Positions 1 to 13,863 of a stretch of DNA of 64,000 nt are shown in pieces. The stretch covers positions 49,664,001 to 49,728,000 of the forward strand of contig NC_087447.1 in NCBI RefSeq assembly GCF_036321535.1, in the 5' to 3' direction. This stretch comes from Camelus dromedarius (Eukaryota). The position numbers and the translations under genes are program-made. Each line of letters starts with the position of its first letter. Position 1 is the stretch's first letter. The notes beneath the pieces were generated by a model. That model was not told the DNA's origin and ran no database searches. It saw only the letters and a list, made by a program, of their open reading frames with translations.

Positions 1-344
1 GACCTTTATGATAGAAGAGATATTAGCAGGATATTAGTAGGGAAAAGTTGAACTTTTAAAAAGGGCATTGGATAAATGACTTTCTATATGGGAAAAAAGA
101 CAATTAGATTCCTACCTCATTCCATACATAAAATTAAAATCCAGTTAGATTGTTAAAGGCTTAAATACAGAAAAATAAAATTTAAAACTATTGTGTGTGT
201 GTGTGTGTATGTGAGAAAGAGACTTTTGTGGAGAAAATTACAAAAATGTAAATGAAGGACATAAAAGACTTAAATAAATGGCAAGCAATACGATATTTAT
301 ACATGGAAAAACTCTATCCCTTAAAGATAGCAAATCTCTCTAAG

Positions 345-704
345 CAGTGTTTTCCCAATTAAAGCCTGAAGTTCACCTGCATTAAAATTACCTAGAGTGC
401 TTGTTAAAATATAGATTCTTAGGCTTCATTTTAAACCTACTGAATCAGCATGTCCGAGGATAAGGCCCAAGAACCTGCATTTTCGAACACTCTGCTGATA
501 ATTCTTTTGTGTACTAAATTTTGAGAACCTCTGCCTTAAGTATGGTCATAACCTGAATTGCACATGAAAATGATCTGAGGCAGTTTTTTTTTTATTTTCA
601 AATCGAGACCAATTAAATCAGAATTTCTGGGCAAGGCACACGTGTACCAGCATTTTCAAAATTATCCAGTGATTCCATTGTACAGCTAAGGTTGAGGACC
701 ACTG
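345..704. mobile_element. Two adjacent MER5-like (hAT-Charlie) DNA transposon fossils in MAP6 intron 1
   Basis: Motifs such as cagtg...ctagagtgcttgttaaaatatagattct...tactgaatcag...ttgagaacctctg and ...aatcagaatttctggg...gttgaggaccactg resemble MER5A/B. Recognised by eye. Confidence 0.6.
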
Positions 705-3700
705 CCCTGGGTAAAGGTGCACCTACAGTCAGGTCTGTCTGGTTTGTTGCCCTTTCCCATTTGAACATTTACTTCTAGTGCTAACCTAGTAGGAATTCTC
801 CTTTATCTTGATTAAGGAAAACACAATTTCTTTACATAAGGGTTATCACTTTTTGGTATCCCCAGTATCCTGTCTGATACATAGCAGGGATGTGGTGGTC
901 ATTTTCCAAAATTAATTCAGCTAAATAAAACCAAATGAAATGAACCAGTATGTAGGTGAATAAATTTTTCACCAACTCTAAAAATCCCACTGGACTCAAC
1001 AAACCTCCATGGTTCCTAGGCACAATGTTATGCTGTGAGAGATACAGAGATGAACAAAATACAGGCTTTCTCTTCAAGTGTTCATATCCACTGGGGAGGC
1101 AGATAAGGAAAAAAGTATCAAGTAGACACTGAGAAGCGTACAAAACATGAAAAGGGAATAAAAAAAAAATTAGTTTGGAATGGCAGGACCTGGAAGGCAT
1201 TGTTGAAGACTAGTATTTGAGACTGGCCCTGAAGTATTGCTGAGATTTAGCCAGGAGGATGTTAGGGAACTGGACAGTTGCCCTGTAGGCATTGGGAGTT
1301 CTGGATAGCATACGTCGAGTCAGATGGACCTTTCTCCAACATTTATGGAAGATTGTAGGGTAGGTATTAAAGGCTACTTTTCTTTCAGATTTCCTTGTTA
1401 CCACTCTCATTTTTCAAGTACTATTTTGCTCTGGTTTATTAATTCTACCTCCTGGTGCCCCAGCTGATTTCTTCCAGGAAGAGTTGCTCATCACCATTTC
1501 TATAGGGAGCAACTGCTACCCCATCCATCATTATTAACTAATGGCTGGGGCAATGCAGTTGACTGAGAGAGGAATTTTAATCCCCTCCCATGACTCATCT
1601 ATTTTCTAATTAAGAATGCTAGGTCTAAATTCATAAGTGGCTGCCCAGTGAAATCCATCCTTAACATTAAAAGTGATAACAAAGACATGTTTCTCAGTTT
1701 TATAGTATCATTTATGTAATATGAATGTCCTGAAAATTAATCAACATCATGATTGTGAATAATTCTAAGGAAACCTTAGAGGTACCACTTGAATGCAAAA
1801 ATCCCAACCTAGTGTGGATCAGTTATATGAATTAGATGAACTGTTGATCAGGGAAAGTTTTTCAAAACCATAGCGTCAAAGGACACGATGTTATCTACCA
1901 ACTGTATATTTCATAAGAAAACTAATTAGCATTATATGACTAGATGCTGAATGTATATTTTATGTTATATGCCAATATATTAAGCTGATGGATTGTGAGT
2001 CTTTTCTCTATTTAAGCAAACTGCTCACATTGATGTCATTTTACAGATCATTTTACAGATGTCATTTATAAAGCCCATGAGATGAACTAGTCACCATGGT
2101 GTAAACAACCATGATTTCCATAGAATGACAGAAGAAAGGGTTTGTCAATCAAATTTTTGATGAAATGAAGCCCAACTTGGCTTCTAAGGTGATGTAGGGC
2201 TCACCTACAGAAGACACGGAGCATACTTAAATTCAGGAAATATTCAGAATCGTAGAAAGGAAAAGAATGTGAGAGAATTGGAGGGGGAGGGGAAATCAAT
2301 GTTCCAGACAAATCTATAATTTCCAGGCATTTTTTCTTTATAGTATATTTAATTAATTATCTTATTTCTTCATATCTACTTTCACCCAAAGTGAATTTCC
2401 CTATTATTGGCTAATTTTTCTTCTGGAACAAAAGATAGCATTAACTTTCACATCAAATTTGTCATGCACTTAAATTGTCCATTAAAGAAATTGACGTCTC
2501 AGCCATATTCATTCTTCTAATGTTTCAAAACCCTTCTGATTATACAGCAAAATGGAACTGCTGACCCCAAAGTCATCTGCATAATTAAATTCTACAGAAG
2601 ACCCAAATTAGAAAAAAATATTTTTTGAAGTATGTAGAGATTTCACTTGACAGGTTGATGAAATTTTGATAGCTATTAAAAATAATCATTCTCACCAGCT
2701 ACAAGAGAATAGCCTCCCGCTCTCCCCATTCAATCCAATCACTTCTAACTATAAAGCATGCCTTACTGCACAGTTAAGGTGTTGTTTTGGGGGAAGAGGC
2801 TACACAGAACAAAGGTACAACTCAAAATATTTGGAGTGAGATGTGTCTGAAGGGTGGATTATTGCCTGACTGTCTGGCCAATCATTTATGGACAAAGCCA
2901 ATTTGTACCAACCTGGAGACATAAACTGAGTAGCATCACCAAATAAGATTTGAGAATGTGGATCTCTCTTGATTGGCATTGACTATATGGAAATAAAAAG
3001 AGGTAAATTCTGCCTGGTAGGTGGTAAGGTTCCACTTGCCACAGGGAGGCAGACTGGGAGTAGGATGATGAAAAGGCCAGTCCAGAAATCTGTGATGTTA
3101 GGCCAACCTTAGGGTTCTCGGTTCTTAGGAAATGAAATAGGGCCTTGCAAACAAGAAAGCCACGGCAGAATCACAAAGCTATAAATTGGCTTTAAAAAAA
3201 TTCTCCTTGCTTATTTGCTTCCTTTCTTTTCTTTTGGATCCTCTTTGGTAGTAGCATAAAGATATTGTGAAAATTCCACTTCCTCATACCTAGAACCAAG
3301 GAAAAGGATCTGTGTCCTTGCCTGATCCAAAAGGAACTGGTGTACTCCTGGGGGACCAGTGTGGCCAGGATAACAATAAACTAAGAGAAAAATGCCAAGT
3401 GGGAGGTGGAATTCAGGAAGGAGTAGGGGCCAATTGATTAGCTGCCCCTTTTCATTGGCTATTGTTTTCCAGAGGTAAAACCTGAGCAGAGCGCAGATTT
3501 TTTCTTAACAAGAGAGGATGTCTATCAATGCTGTTTGTTCCTCAGCACAAGAGGGAGTGTTTGTCATATTCACTGGAAGGACATCAGTCTGTTACGGGGC
3601 TACATACAAGATCTTGGCAAAAGACACAAACTCTGCAGTCCTCCTGTCCACACCCTCCTGCAGGAAGAAGGCAACTGCCTGTGGCACTGATGAAGGACCC

Positions 3701-4979
3701 CATAATCCACATTTTGAACACTTCTAGCTCAATTCCTCATCATGCACATCTGCTTCCCCAGAGACCCCAAGCCCAATGTTACATGTTCAGAGTCAACGGT
3801 GATCTGTTAGCTAATTGTTTTGGTTCGAAACACAAGGGCAGGACTGAAAGCTAAGCATTCAAAAATATATATTAAATGGATGAAGAGTGAGAAAGCAGAC
3901 TGGAAGGGCAGAGGCTACAGCAGAGGGTGAATTCAAGAAAGAGAGAGAAGGAGAGAGAGAGAGAATAAATGCGCTCTTGCTTGAAGGCATTCATTTAAAG
4001 GAAATTTAAACGTGCTGAAGAGGGCGTTCTTGGTGGTAAGAGAATAAGAACCTGGAGAACATGAAAGGAAATGAGAAAAGAGATGCATCAATAGGGGAGT
4101 AGGTGGGAAGTACCTAGGAAGTGTAAATCAGAATAATGAGGCATCATGCAGAAGTTCTCAATGGAACCAAGATATACTGATTACCTACTACGTGCCAGGA
4201 ATATTTCTCCTCCTGAATCATCTCATGTAATCTTCTAAATGTCTAGCTCAGTGCCTAGCATATAGCAGGTGCCCAAAATACGTTGAGTAATATTAAATCA
4301 ATACCTGTGTGAACAATCTAAGAATCTATTATCAATCACATCTCACAGATAAGAACCTGAGGCCCAGAGAGGTTAAAAAAAAAAACTTGCCCAATGTGTC
4401 ATGGCTAGTAAAAGGGATAAGGAATCTGCCTTCAAAGCCTGAGTGGGTGAAGGAGGAGGGTGCCCTATAAGGGCCCTGCAGGGAATCTAGAAAAGGGTGT
4501 GGTGCTTGGCTGTCTCCCAGGGACAGAGAGACAGCAGGGAAAGAATGAATGGCCAAGTGAATTGGGTTAGGGAGGAGGGAAGGAGGACATGTCACCCTTC
4601 TTTGGCCAGTGGGAACTCAGCAAGGCCTCTGGGTGGCAGCTGAGCCAGCAAGGGGCAACATCCAGGCTAATGCAGCTGTTGACTGGGTGCGGCAGAATGG
4701 AAGCACCCAGTGAGGTGAAGAAATTGCAAAAGTCTCTGTTGCGCAGGCAGGGACTTGGAGTGGAGCGGGGATGGGGAAAGGATGGCTGAAGTGGTTAACT
4801 GAAAGACTTGGTTAGGCTGGGATGGGTAATACTAACAGCTTTTACCTCAGAAAGAGCCAAAGAGCTGTTGGTCAGGGCTGGGGCGCGGGAATGGGTGTGG
4901 TCTGGGATGGGAGGGGGAGGCTGACAGCAAGCCCTGTGATGAGGAGAATCTGTGGGAGTGGGTAAGGACGACCACCAGC

Positions 4980-6670
<1,691 letters not shown>

Positions 6671-6773
6671 AGGATCTGGCAGCTCCTCCCTCTTCAGCTC
6701 CTAGGCAACAGCAGAATCCGGGGCCTAGGTGGGTTCAAGTCCCAGGCTTCTTATAACTTGCTGTCCTTGTACT

Positions 6774-6775
<2 letters not shown>

Positions 6776-6851
<76 letters not shown>
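6776..6851. repeat. (GT)38 perfect dinucleotide microsatellite
   Basis: Uninterrupted GT run read directly from the sequence. Confidence 0.97.
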
Positions 6852-6853
<2 letters not shown>

Positions 6854-7489
6854 CAGTTAAAAAAAAAATGGAAGAAACCTCTAGTAAAATGTCTCTCCCA
6901 GAATAGATGCGTTTTAAAAGGGGAGCTCCTGTTATTGGCCAAAGTCTCTGGGCCGAATTTAAACCCCTTTGCCTGGCTTCCCATCCAAGCACTTGCCAGT
7001 ATTACGCACAGGCCTTACTCAGATGTGTGGAGATGGGAATCCCCAGGCTGGTGGTACCTTGCTGTTCCCTTCCTAAGGGACTCTTGGAGAAAGAGGTGTC
7101 TTAGAGCCTCCCAAGAACTGCCCAGTCCCTGATCAGCCCAGATTTCACACTGGAGGAGAGACAGTGAGAGGAAGATTCTTGAAAGGGGCCTATGTGGGGA
7201 GGTTGGGGTGGATGAGAAACAGGGAGACAGTATCCCGGGAAAGGGGAGGGCCTGACATGCAGTGGGTTTCTGATGTGTTCTTGACCCTTGGCCTTCGCTC
7301 TTCTTCTTGGGAGGCAGAATATATATTTTGGAGGCAGACATTCCTGCTTTGGCTCTGATACTTGTTACCTGTGTCACTTGGGCAAGTTGAGTCATCCCTG
7401 TACCTCAGTCTCCTATACTCATCTCATCTATAGAATGGAGGAAATAATAGCTACCTCAAAGTGGTTTTGGGAAGATAGTTAAGGACCCA

Positions 7490-7716
7490 GAGTAGAAGAT
7501 TTGAGTCAAATCAGATCCCAGAGGATTTAAATCCTGGCTTTTGCATGCCTTAGTATGGCCATGGGCATATTGCTGCAACTTCCTGTGGTTGAATCTATGG
7601 AAATGCGAATTCTCAACTTGCAAGGTTGTTCTCAGAATTAAAATGAGATAATCACTAAAAAGTACTTACCACAACATCTGGAATATAGCAATAGTTCAAT
7701 AAATGGTAGCTATTAG
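7490..7716 (+). mobile_element. MIR SINE
   Basis: MIR core and tail-like sequence (...ggttgttctcagaattaaaatgagataat...ttcaataaatggtagctatta). Confidence 0.6.
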
Positions 7717-9619
7717 TATTCACAGGACCCACCCTGGAAACCCAGAGGTGGAGCTTCCCAAGCAGGCTAGCCACTTGAATGCCTTCTCCAGGAAGACCTC
7801 TTGTTCTTCCAAGTGTCTCCTTTTGATGTCTCCTTGATGTCCTTGCATTTGTGTCTCCTTCATTGTCTTCCACTTCCTTCTCCTAGCTATATTCACTGGC
7901 CTACAGCTCTGTTTCTCTCCAATATAGACAGTTTTCAGCATCAACTAAGCTGGGGGCATTTTTGTCTCTGGGAGAGAAACTCATTTATGTGTTTAGATTG
8001 GGAATTGATTGCAAAATACAGCTATTTTTTAACCTTAGAATCAAACAGGATGAGAAGACAGCTCTGATTAGTCAATTATTTGCTGAACTTCCTCCTACTT
8101 GGGTATTTGCCTCTGGTAATTTGATTTAAGTTACACAAATAAAATGATGCCTGGCACTGTTTTCCAGTTATTAGGAGATACATTTCTATAAACAACATAA
8201 TCTGATCTGACCCTTCCTCTCCCTGCTTCTGCAGAACTCCTTGGGATTTTGGCTGACCTTTCCAATAATGATTTCCAAAGATAAAATAAGAGGCTAGCAA
8301 TTGGAGTTGGGGGCCACTGAGAGTCATTGAGACTTTATCCTTCCTTAATTTAGATGTCTACTCTGTGCCTTGGGCACTGTGGAACATAGATGGATTCTAG
8401 CTCTCAGGGAGCCCTCAGTTAGAGGGGTGTGTTATGGGAGGACTGAGAGACAGGTACATAAATAAAAAATTAGCAAAGAATATGGTCAGTATAACAAATT
8501 TTCATTCACAAGGTGAATGAATGAATGACTAATGACAAATGAGTAGGTGCTCTCCTAGCAGAAGTCCAAGTAGGACTGCTCAAAGCAACTTCATTGTCAA
8601 TATCACCTTTTACATTCATTTACTTAGATTTTTAAAAACCTGTTCAATTGTACAACCTCCTTGAACCATCCAATGGCCCAATGGGATAGTCAAGTCTAAT
8701 GGTTATGTGTTATGTGGCTTGCTCAGCATCAATTTTGATGATAATAACACTTCATTATTTGACTTTTGGAGACCACCCCTTTTCTAATTTCAGTCCATAT
8801 GATTTGGGTGTGGTTAGCCCTATTCAATCCACCTTCCAGGGGTAACTAAGTGACCAACACCTGTTCACCTGTTTGCCAGGACACTGCATCCCCCTGGCCA
8901 AAGTGACTAGTTTAGTGACTGGCACATTGGACCAATTGGAGGAAATCATAGACTTTAGCTGAGACTGTCTGTGAAGACCCACTCTCTTTTTTACTGAATT
9001 GCTTAAGTGGGAGACCATGAGGCTAATGTTGTTAGTGACCATCTTTGCCATCACTAAAGGGGAGGCTGCCTGCCTAGGAGTGAAGCAAATGCAGAGACAA
9101 TCTAAAGAGGACACAGGATTCTGATGATATCTGTGGAAGACTGCAATTTCCCCTTAAGCCCATTTTCTCCTTCTTCCCTTTAGTAACAGAAGCCTCCAAG
9201 TTTTAGTTGGGCTCTAGGTCACCCAACCAGAGATGACATTTTCCAACCTCCCTGGCAGTAAGGAAAACTCATGTACACTTCTAGATCACTGCCTTAAAAG
9301 AAGTTACTTGTGTTCCACTTCATCTTTCCCACTTGCCGAGAGTAGAATGCTGACATGGTAGAGGTCTGAGGGTTAAGATGCCTATGACATGGTGGATAAG
9401 AATATTTTGGTGCTGGGATTTAACTCTAGGTGTGGGAGAGTAAAAGAACAAGATAGAGGAAACCTATCTTGAATGACTTCATAGGACTGAATTCTCCCAG
9501 CAGCTGTGGACCACCTGCTTGCTTCTGCACTGATATGTGAGAAAGAAAAACACTTCTCTCTTGTTTGAACCATGGCTCTGGGGTCTCTGGGGTTTAGTCT
9601 TTTAGTCATTTGAGCATGT

Positions 9620-11160
9620 GGATCTGGTCATGCTTAAATTAATTTGAGGTACAGGAAAACAGTGTGGAACCAAGATACTGAAAAATAAAATCATGTAAGA
9701 TGGGAGGGAGTGATCAGAGTTAAAGAGTCCTAAAGTCCTTATTTGTTTGTGAGGAGAGAAGAAATATTGACTAACTTAATAACCTAAAATGTTTATTCAC
9801 TTACAAATGCACATTGAAGAAAAAAAGGGGAATATAAAAAAAACTTTATTAAGGACAGAAAAAGGGTAAAAATAAGCAAAAAAACCCCACATAGCAAATA
9901 GAAAATAAAATGTAAGGTGGTAGGAATATGTCCAACTATATTAATGGTCAAGGTAAACATTAATGATCAAAACTTTCCAGTTAAAAAACAGAGAATGTCA
10001 ATTGGAGAAAAACATAAAACAAAACAAAATGCAACTATACATTGTTTACAGGAGACATATTTAAAACATACTGACACATAATTATGGGAAAAAGTGATGG
10101 AGAACATGTAGTAGGTAAACACTAACCAAAAGGAAGTTGGAACCACTATATTACTATAAGACAAAATTGATCTTAAAACAAAAGGCATTATTGGGGGTAA
10201 AAATGGTCATCACATAAAAATAGAAGAAACAATTCAACAGAAATATATATATGATGGTTTCCATCTAACAATATAACTTCAAAATATATAAAGCAAAATG
10301 GTAGAATTTTAAGAAAAAATGCACAAATTCATTATCATCAGAGAGATTTTCTAAAAACATTTCTAAGTAACTGATAAAACAAACATACAGTGATGTTAGG
10401 AACGTAGAAGATTTAAACAATTAATAAACTTGACATAATGGACCCTGAATCCAATGATTAAAGAAAACACATTCTTTTCAAACTTACATGAAATATAGAA
10501 AAATTGACCACATAGTAGGCTACAAAACAAATATAAATAAATCCCAAAGACTGGTACAAATCACTTATTCTGATGACAGTACAATGATATTAAAAACCAT
10601 TAACATGAGATAATCACAAACTTTTACATATTTAGAGATTAAAAAGGAAAAGTATTTCTAAATAATTCTTGGGTTTATAAAAAATTATAATGGATATAAG
10701 AAAATATTCAATACTAAATGAAAATGAAAACATTATACAACAAAGTGTATTGTATGTAGCTAAAAGCAATATTTGTAAGGAAATTTATAAGCTAAAGACA
10801 TACTTTAGAAACAAAGAAAGATTAAAAATACTCTAGTGATTAGACTCAAGAAGTTAGAGATAGTTCACCAAACCTAAACTAAGTAGAAGGGGAAAAAATA
10901 AAGAAAATAGCAAAATAGTTAAATAGAAAATAACCATATATTTAAGACTGTCAAAAACCAAAAGCTGCCTCTCTAAAAGAGAAAAATCTCCAACAGATTT
11001 ATCTAGAAACAAACAAACAAAAAAACAGACAAGAAAGAAATCACACACATCAATAATTTTAGGATAGTAGGAGGGACAGTTGTAGATATAGCAAAGATTT
11101 AAAGCATCTAGGCAAATACTAAGAATAACTCTCTGCTGACATATTTGGAAAACCTTGCAT
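9620..11160 (+). mobile_element. Old degenerate LINE-1 fragment (A-rich, ORF2 endonuclease-region remnant)
   Basis: A-rich, with L1-like phrases (caactatacattgtttacaggagacat; gtagaagatttaaacaa; acacattcttttcaaac). Duplicated at about 45020-46580. Confidence 0.6.
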
Positions 11161-11640
11161 GGTACCAGCCTCCAAGATGGCTCATAATTATCTTGACATC
11201 CTGGTGTGTGTAATTCTGGGTGGTCCTCTCCCACACTGCCTAGAGCTGACCTGTGTAACCAACAAGATACTGTGAAAATGATGGCATGTGACTTTTGAAG
11301 CCACGTTAGAAAAGACATTGAGGCTTCATCTTGCTCTCCCTTGGATCTCACTCTGGGGAAACCAGCCACCATGTTGTGAGGATACTCAGACAATCTCAGT
11401 TCCAAATGATGAGGAACCGAGGACTCCTGCTATCAGCCATATGAGTGGCCCAAATTAGAGGTGGCTTCTCCAGCCCCAGTCAGACTTTCAAATAACTGCA
11501 ACCCTGGCTGACATGTTGACTGCAACTGCATGTGAGACCTTGAAGCAGAAGCACCCAGCTAGCCATTCCTGAATTCCTGACCCACAGACATTACAGGAAA
11601 TGATATTTATCATTGCTCAAAGTGCTAACTATTGAGGTAA
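11160..11640 (+). mobile_element. MLT1-type MaLR LTR
   Basis: Typical MLT1 phrases (ctcactctggggaaaccagccaccatgttgtgagg; tccagccccagtcagactttca; gaattcctgacccacaga). Duplicated at about 46580-47040. Confidence 0.65.
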
Positions 11641-11684
11641 CTTTTAAAATTTTAAATAGACTGTTTTATGCATGTATTTTTAAT

Positions 11685-13360
11685 AGACTTTGTTTTAGAA
11701 CAGTTATAGGTTCACAGCAAAATTGAGCAGAAAGTACAGAGAGTTATCATATACCCTCACCCCGCACCCACACAGTCTCCCCCACTATCAACATCCTGCA
11801 CCAGAGCAGAAAATTTATTATGTCTGAGGAACCTACATGGACACATCATCATTCAAAGTCCATAGTCTACACTAGTGTTCACTCTTAGTGTTTTACACTC
11901 TATGGATTTTGACAAATGTATAATGACATGAATCCACCATTATAGTATCCTACAGAATAGTCTCACTGCCCTTTGCACATTCATCCTTCCCTCCTCCCTA
12001 ACCCCTGGCAACCATTGATCTTTTCACTATCTCCATGATTTTGCCATTTTCAGAATACCATACGGATGGAATCATTCAGTATGTAGACTTTTCAGATTGG
12101 CTTTTTTCATTTAGTAATATGCATTTAAGATTCCTCCGTGTTTTTTCATGACTTGATATCTCATTTCTTTTTAGCACTAAGTAATATTTCATTGGTTGTA
12201 TCACAATTCATTTAGCCATTCAGCTACTGAAGGAAATCCTGGTTGCTTCTCCATTTGGGCAAGTATAAATAAAACTGCTGTAAACATTCTTGTGCAGGTT
12301 TCTGTTGGGCATGCAAGTCATTTGAGTAAATATGAAGAAGCATGACTTTAAGATTATTGCACTGTACAATGAGTATGTTTACTTTTGTAAAAAACTGCCA
12401 AATTGTCTTCCACTGTGACTGTACCATTTTGCAATCCCAACAGCAGTGAATGAGAGTCCCTGTTACTCCCCATCCTTGCCAGCATTTGGTGATGTCAGTG
12501 TTCTGGATTGTGGCCATTCTAACAGGTGTGTAGTGGTATGTCATTGTTGTTTTAATTTGCATTTCCCTAATGAGATAGGATGTGGAGCATCTTTCCATAT
12601 GCTGATTTGCCAACTACATATCTTCTCTGGGGAAGAATCTGCTCAGGCCTTTTATCTATTTATTAATCTATTTGTTCGTTTTCTTATTATTGTGTTGAGT
12701 TCTCCATACATTTTGCATAACAGCCCATTTTTTTTAGGGGAGGAGGTAATCAGGTTTGTTGGTTGGTTTGTTTGTTTATTTTAATGGAGGTACTGGGGAT
12801 TGAACCCAGGACCTTGTGCATGCTACGCATGCACTCTACCACTGAGTTATACCCTCTCCCCTTTAGATAAACCTTTTGCAAATATTTTTTCTAGGTCTGT
12901 GGCTTGTCTTCTCATTCTCTTGACAGTGTCTTTTGAAAAGCAGAAGTGTTTAATTTAATGAAGTCCATCTTATCAATTTTTCTTTCATGGATTATATCTT
13001 TGGTGTTCTATCTAAAAAGTCATTGCCATACTCAAGGTCACCTAGATTTCTCCTACATTATTGTCTAAAAGTTTGATAGTTTTGCATTTTACATATAGGT
13101 CTATGATCCATTTTGAGTTTATTTTTGCAAAGGGTGTTAAGTCTATGCCTAGAATTATTTGTTTGTACATAGACATCCAGTTCTTCTAACACTTGTTGAA
13201 AAGACTGTCTTTTCTCCATGGTATTGCCTTTGTTCCTTTGTCTAAGATTAGTTGATGATATTTATGTGGGCCTATTTTGGGTCTCTCTATTGTGTTCCAT
13301 TGATCTGTTTGTCTCTTCCTTTGCTAATACCACACTGTCTTGATTACTGTAGCTTTCCAG
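11685..13360 (-). mobile_element. LINE-1 3' portion (L1MA/MB-like), interrupted by a SINE
   Basis: Minus-strand ORF 12224-12613 resembles the L1 ORF2 C-terminus ([30 protein letters not shown]...KCWQG...[10 protein letters not shown]). Duplicated at about 47085-48817. Confidence 0.8.
12728..12861 (-). mobile_element. tRNA-derived SINE, camelid Vic-1-like
   Basis: Minus strand reads GGGGAGAGGGTATAACTCAGTGGTAGAGTGCATGCGTAGCATGCACAAGGTCCTGGGTTCAATCCCCAGTACCTCC...AAACCTGATTACCTCCTCCCCT-polyA, with Pol III A and B boxes. It is absent at the paralogous site near 48145. Confidence 0.85.
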
Positions 13361-13375
13361 TGCATCTTTCAGTGC

Positions 13376-13628
13376 TGAGGATGATGATAGTGCCTAGATG
13401 GTAGTGATGACACTGGTGGTAGTGATGCTGCTGACAGTAGTGGTGGTGATAATGATGTAGCAGTTATGGTGGTGGTAGTAGTGGTGATGGTACTGGTGGT
13501 GGTGACTGTGGTGATGGTGATGCTATTGCTGCTGGTAGTGGTGGTGGTGATGATGATGGTGGTGATGGTAGTGCTGGTAGTGGTGTTAATGGTGGTGATG
13601 ATAGTGAAGAAGATGGTGATGATGGCAA
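13376..13628. repeat. Degenerate (GGT/GAT)n trinucleotide low-complexity tract
   Basis: Direct reading; it produces the poly-Thr and poly-Val pseudo-ORFs in the track. Confidence 0.9.
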
Positions 13629-13803
13629 CTGGAAGACAATTTAGAGAACTTACTTCTTGCTTGTTGAGCAGTATTTGACTTGGATTTCTTGAGGCATTGC
13701 CTCTTGTTATGAGAAAGCCACATGAAGTTTTGGTGGACAACAGAAGAAGGGACCAAGTTTATGCTGCCATCTTTTGCAGGATGACTGCAGTTTTGGGGGG
13801 CAG

Positions 13804-13863
13804 TTTTTTTTTAAAGGGAGCTTCTGTGGATCAAACTCAGGACCTCGTGCATGCCAAGCACAG
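13804..13863 (-). mobile_element. 5'-truncated tRNA-derived SINE fragment
   Basis: Minus strand reads tgtgcttggcatgcacgaggtcctgagtttgatcc...polyA, similar to the B-box half of the SINE at 12728-12861. Confidence 0.55.

Noticed and set aside
12224..12613. ORF2-like peptides here and at 47738-48034 and 54121-54545
   Set aside because: These are fragments of dead LINE-1 copies, not genes.
12790..12861. tRNA-like sequence with A and B boxes
   Set aside because: It has a SINE body and polyA tail and is absent from the paralogous site, so it is a SINE head and not a tRNA gene.
13369..13740. Thr-rich mucin-like and Val-rich ORFs
   Set aside because: They are translations of a GGT/GAT simple repeat, with no splice or start context.
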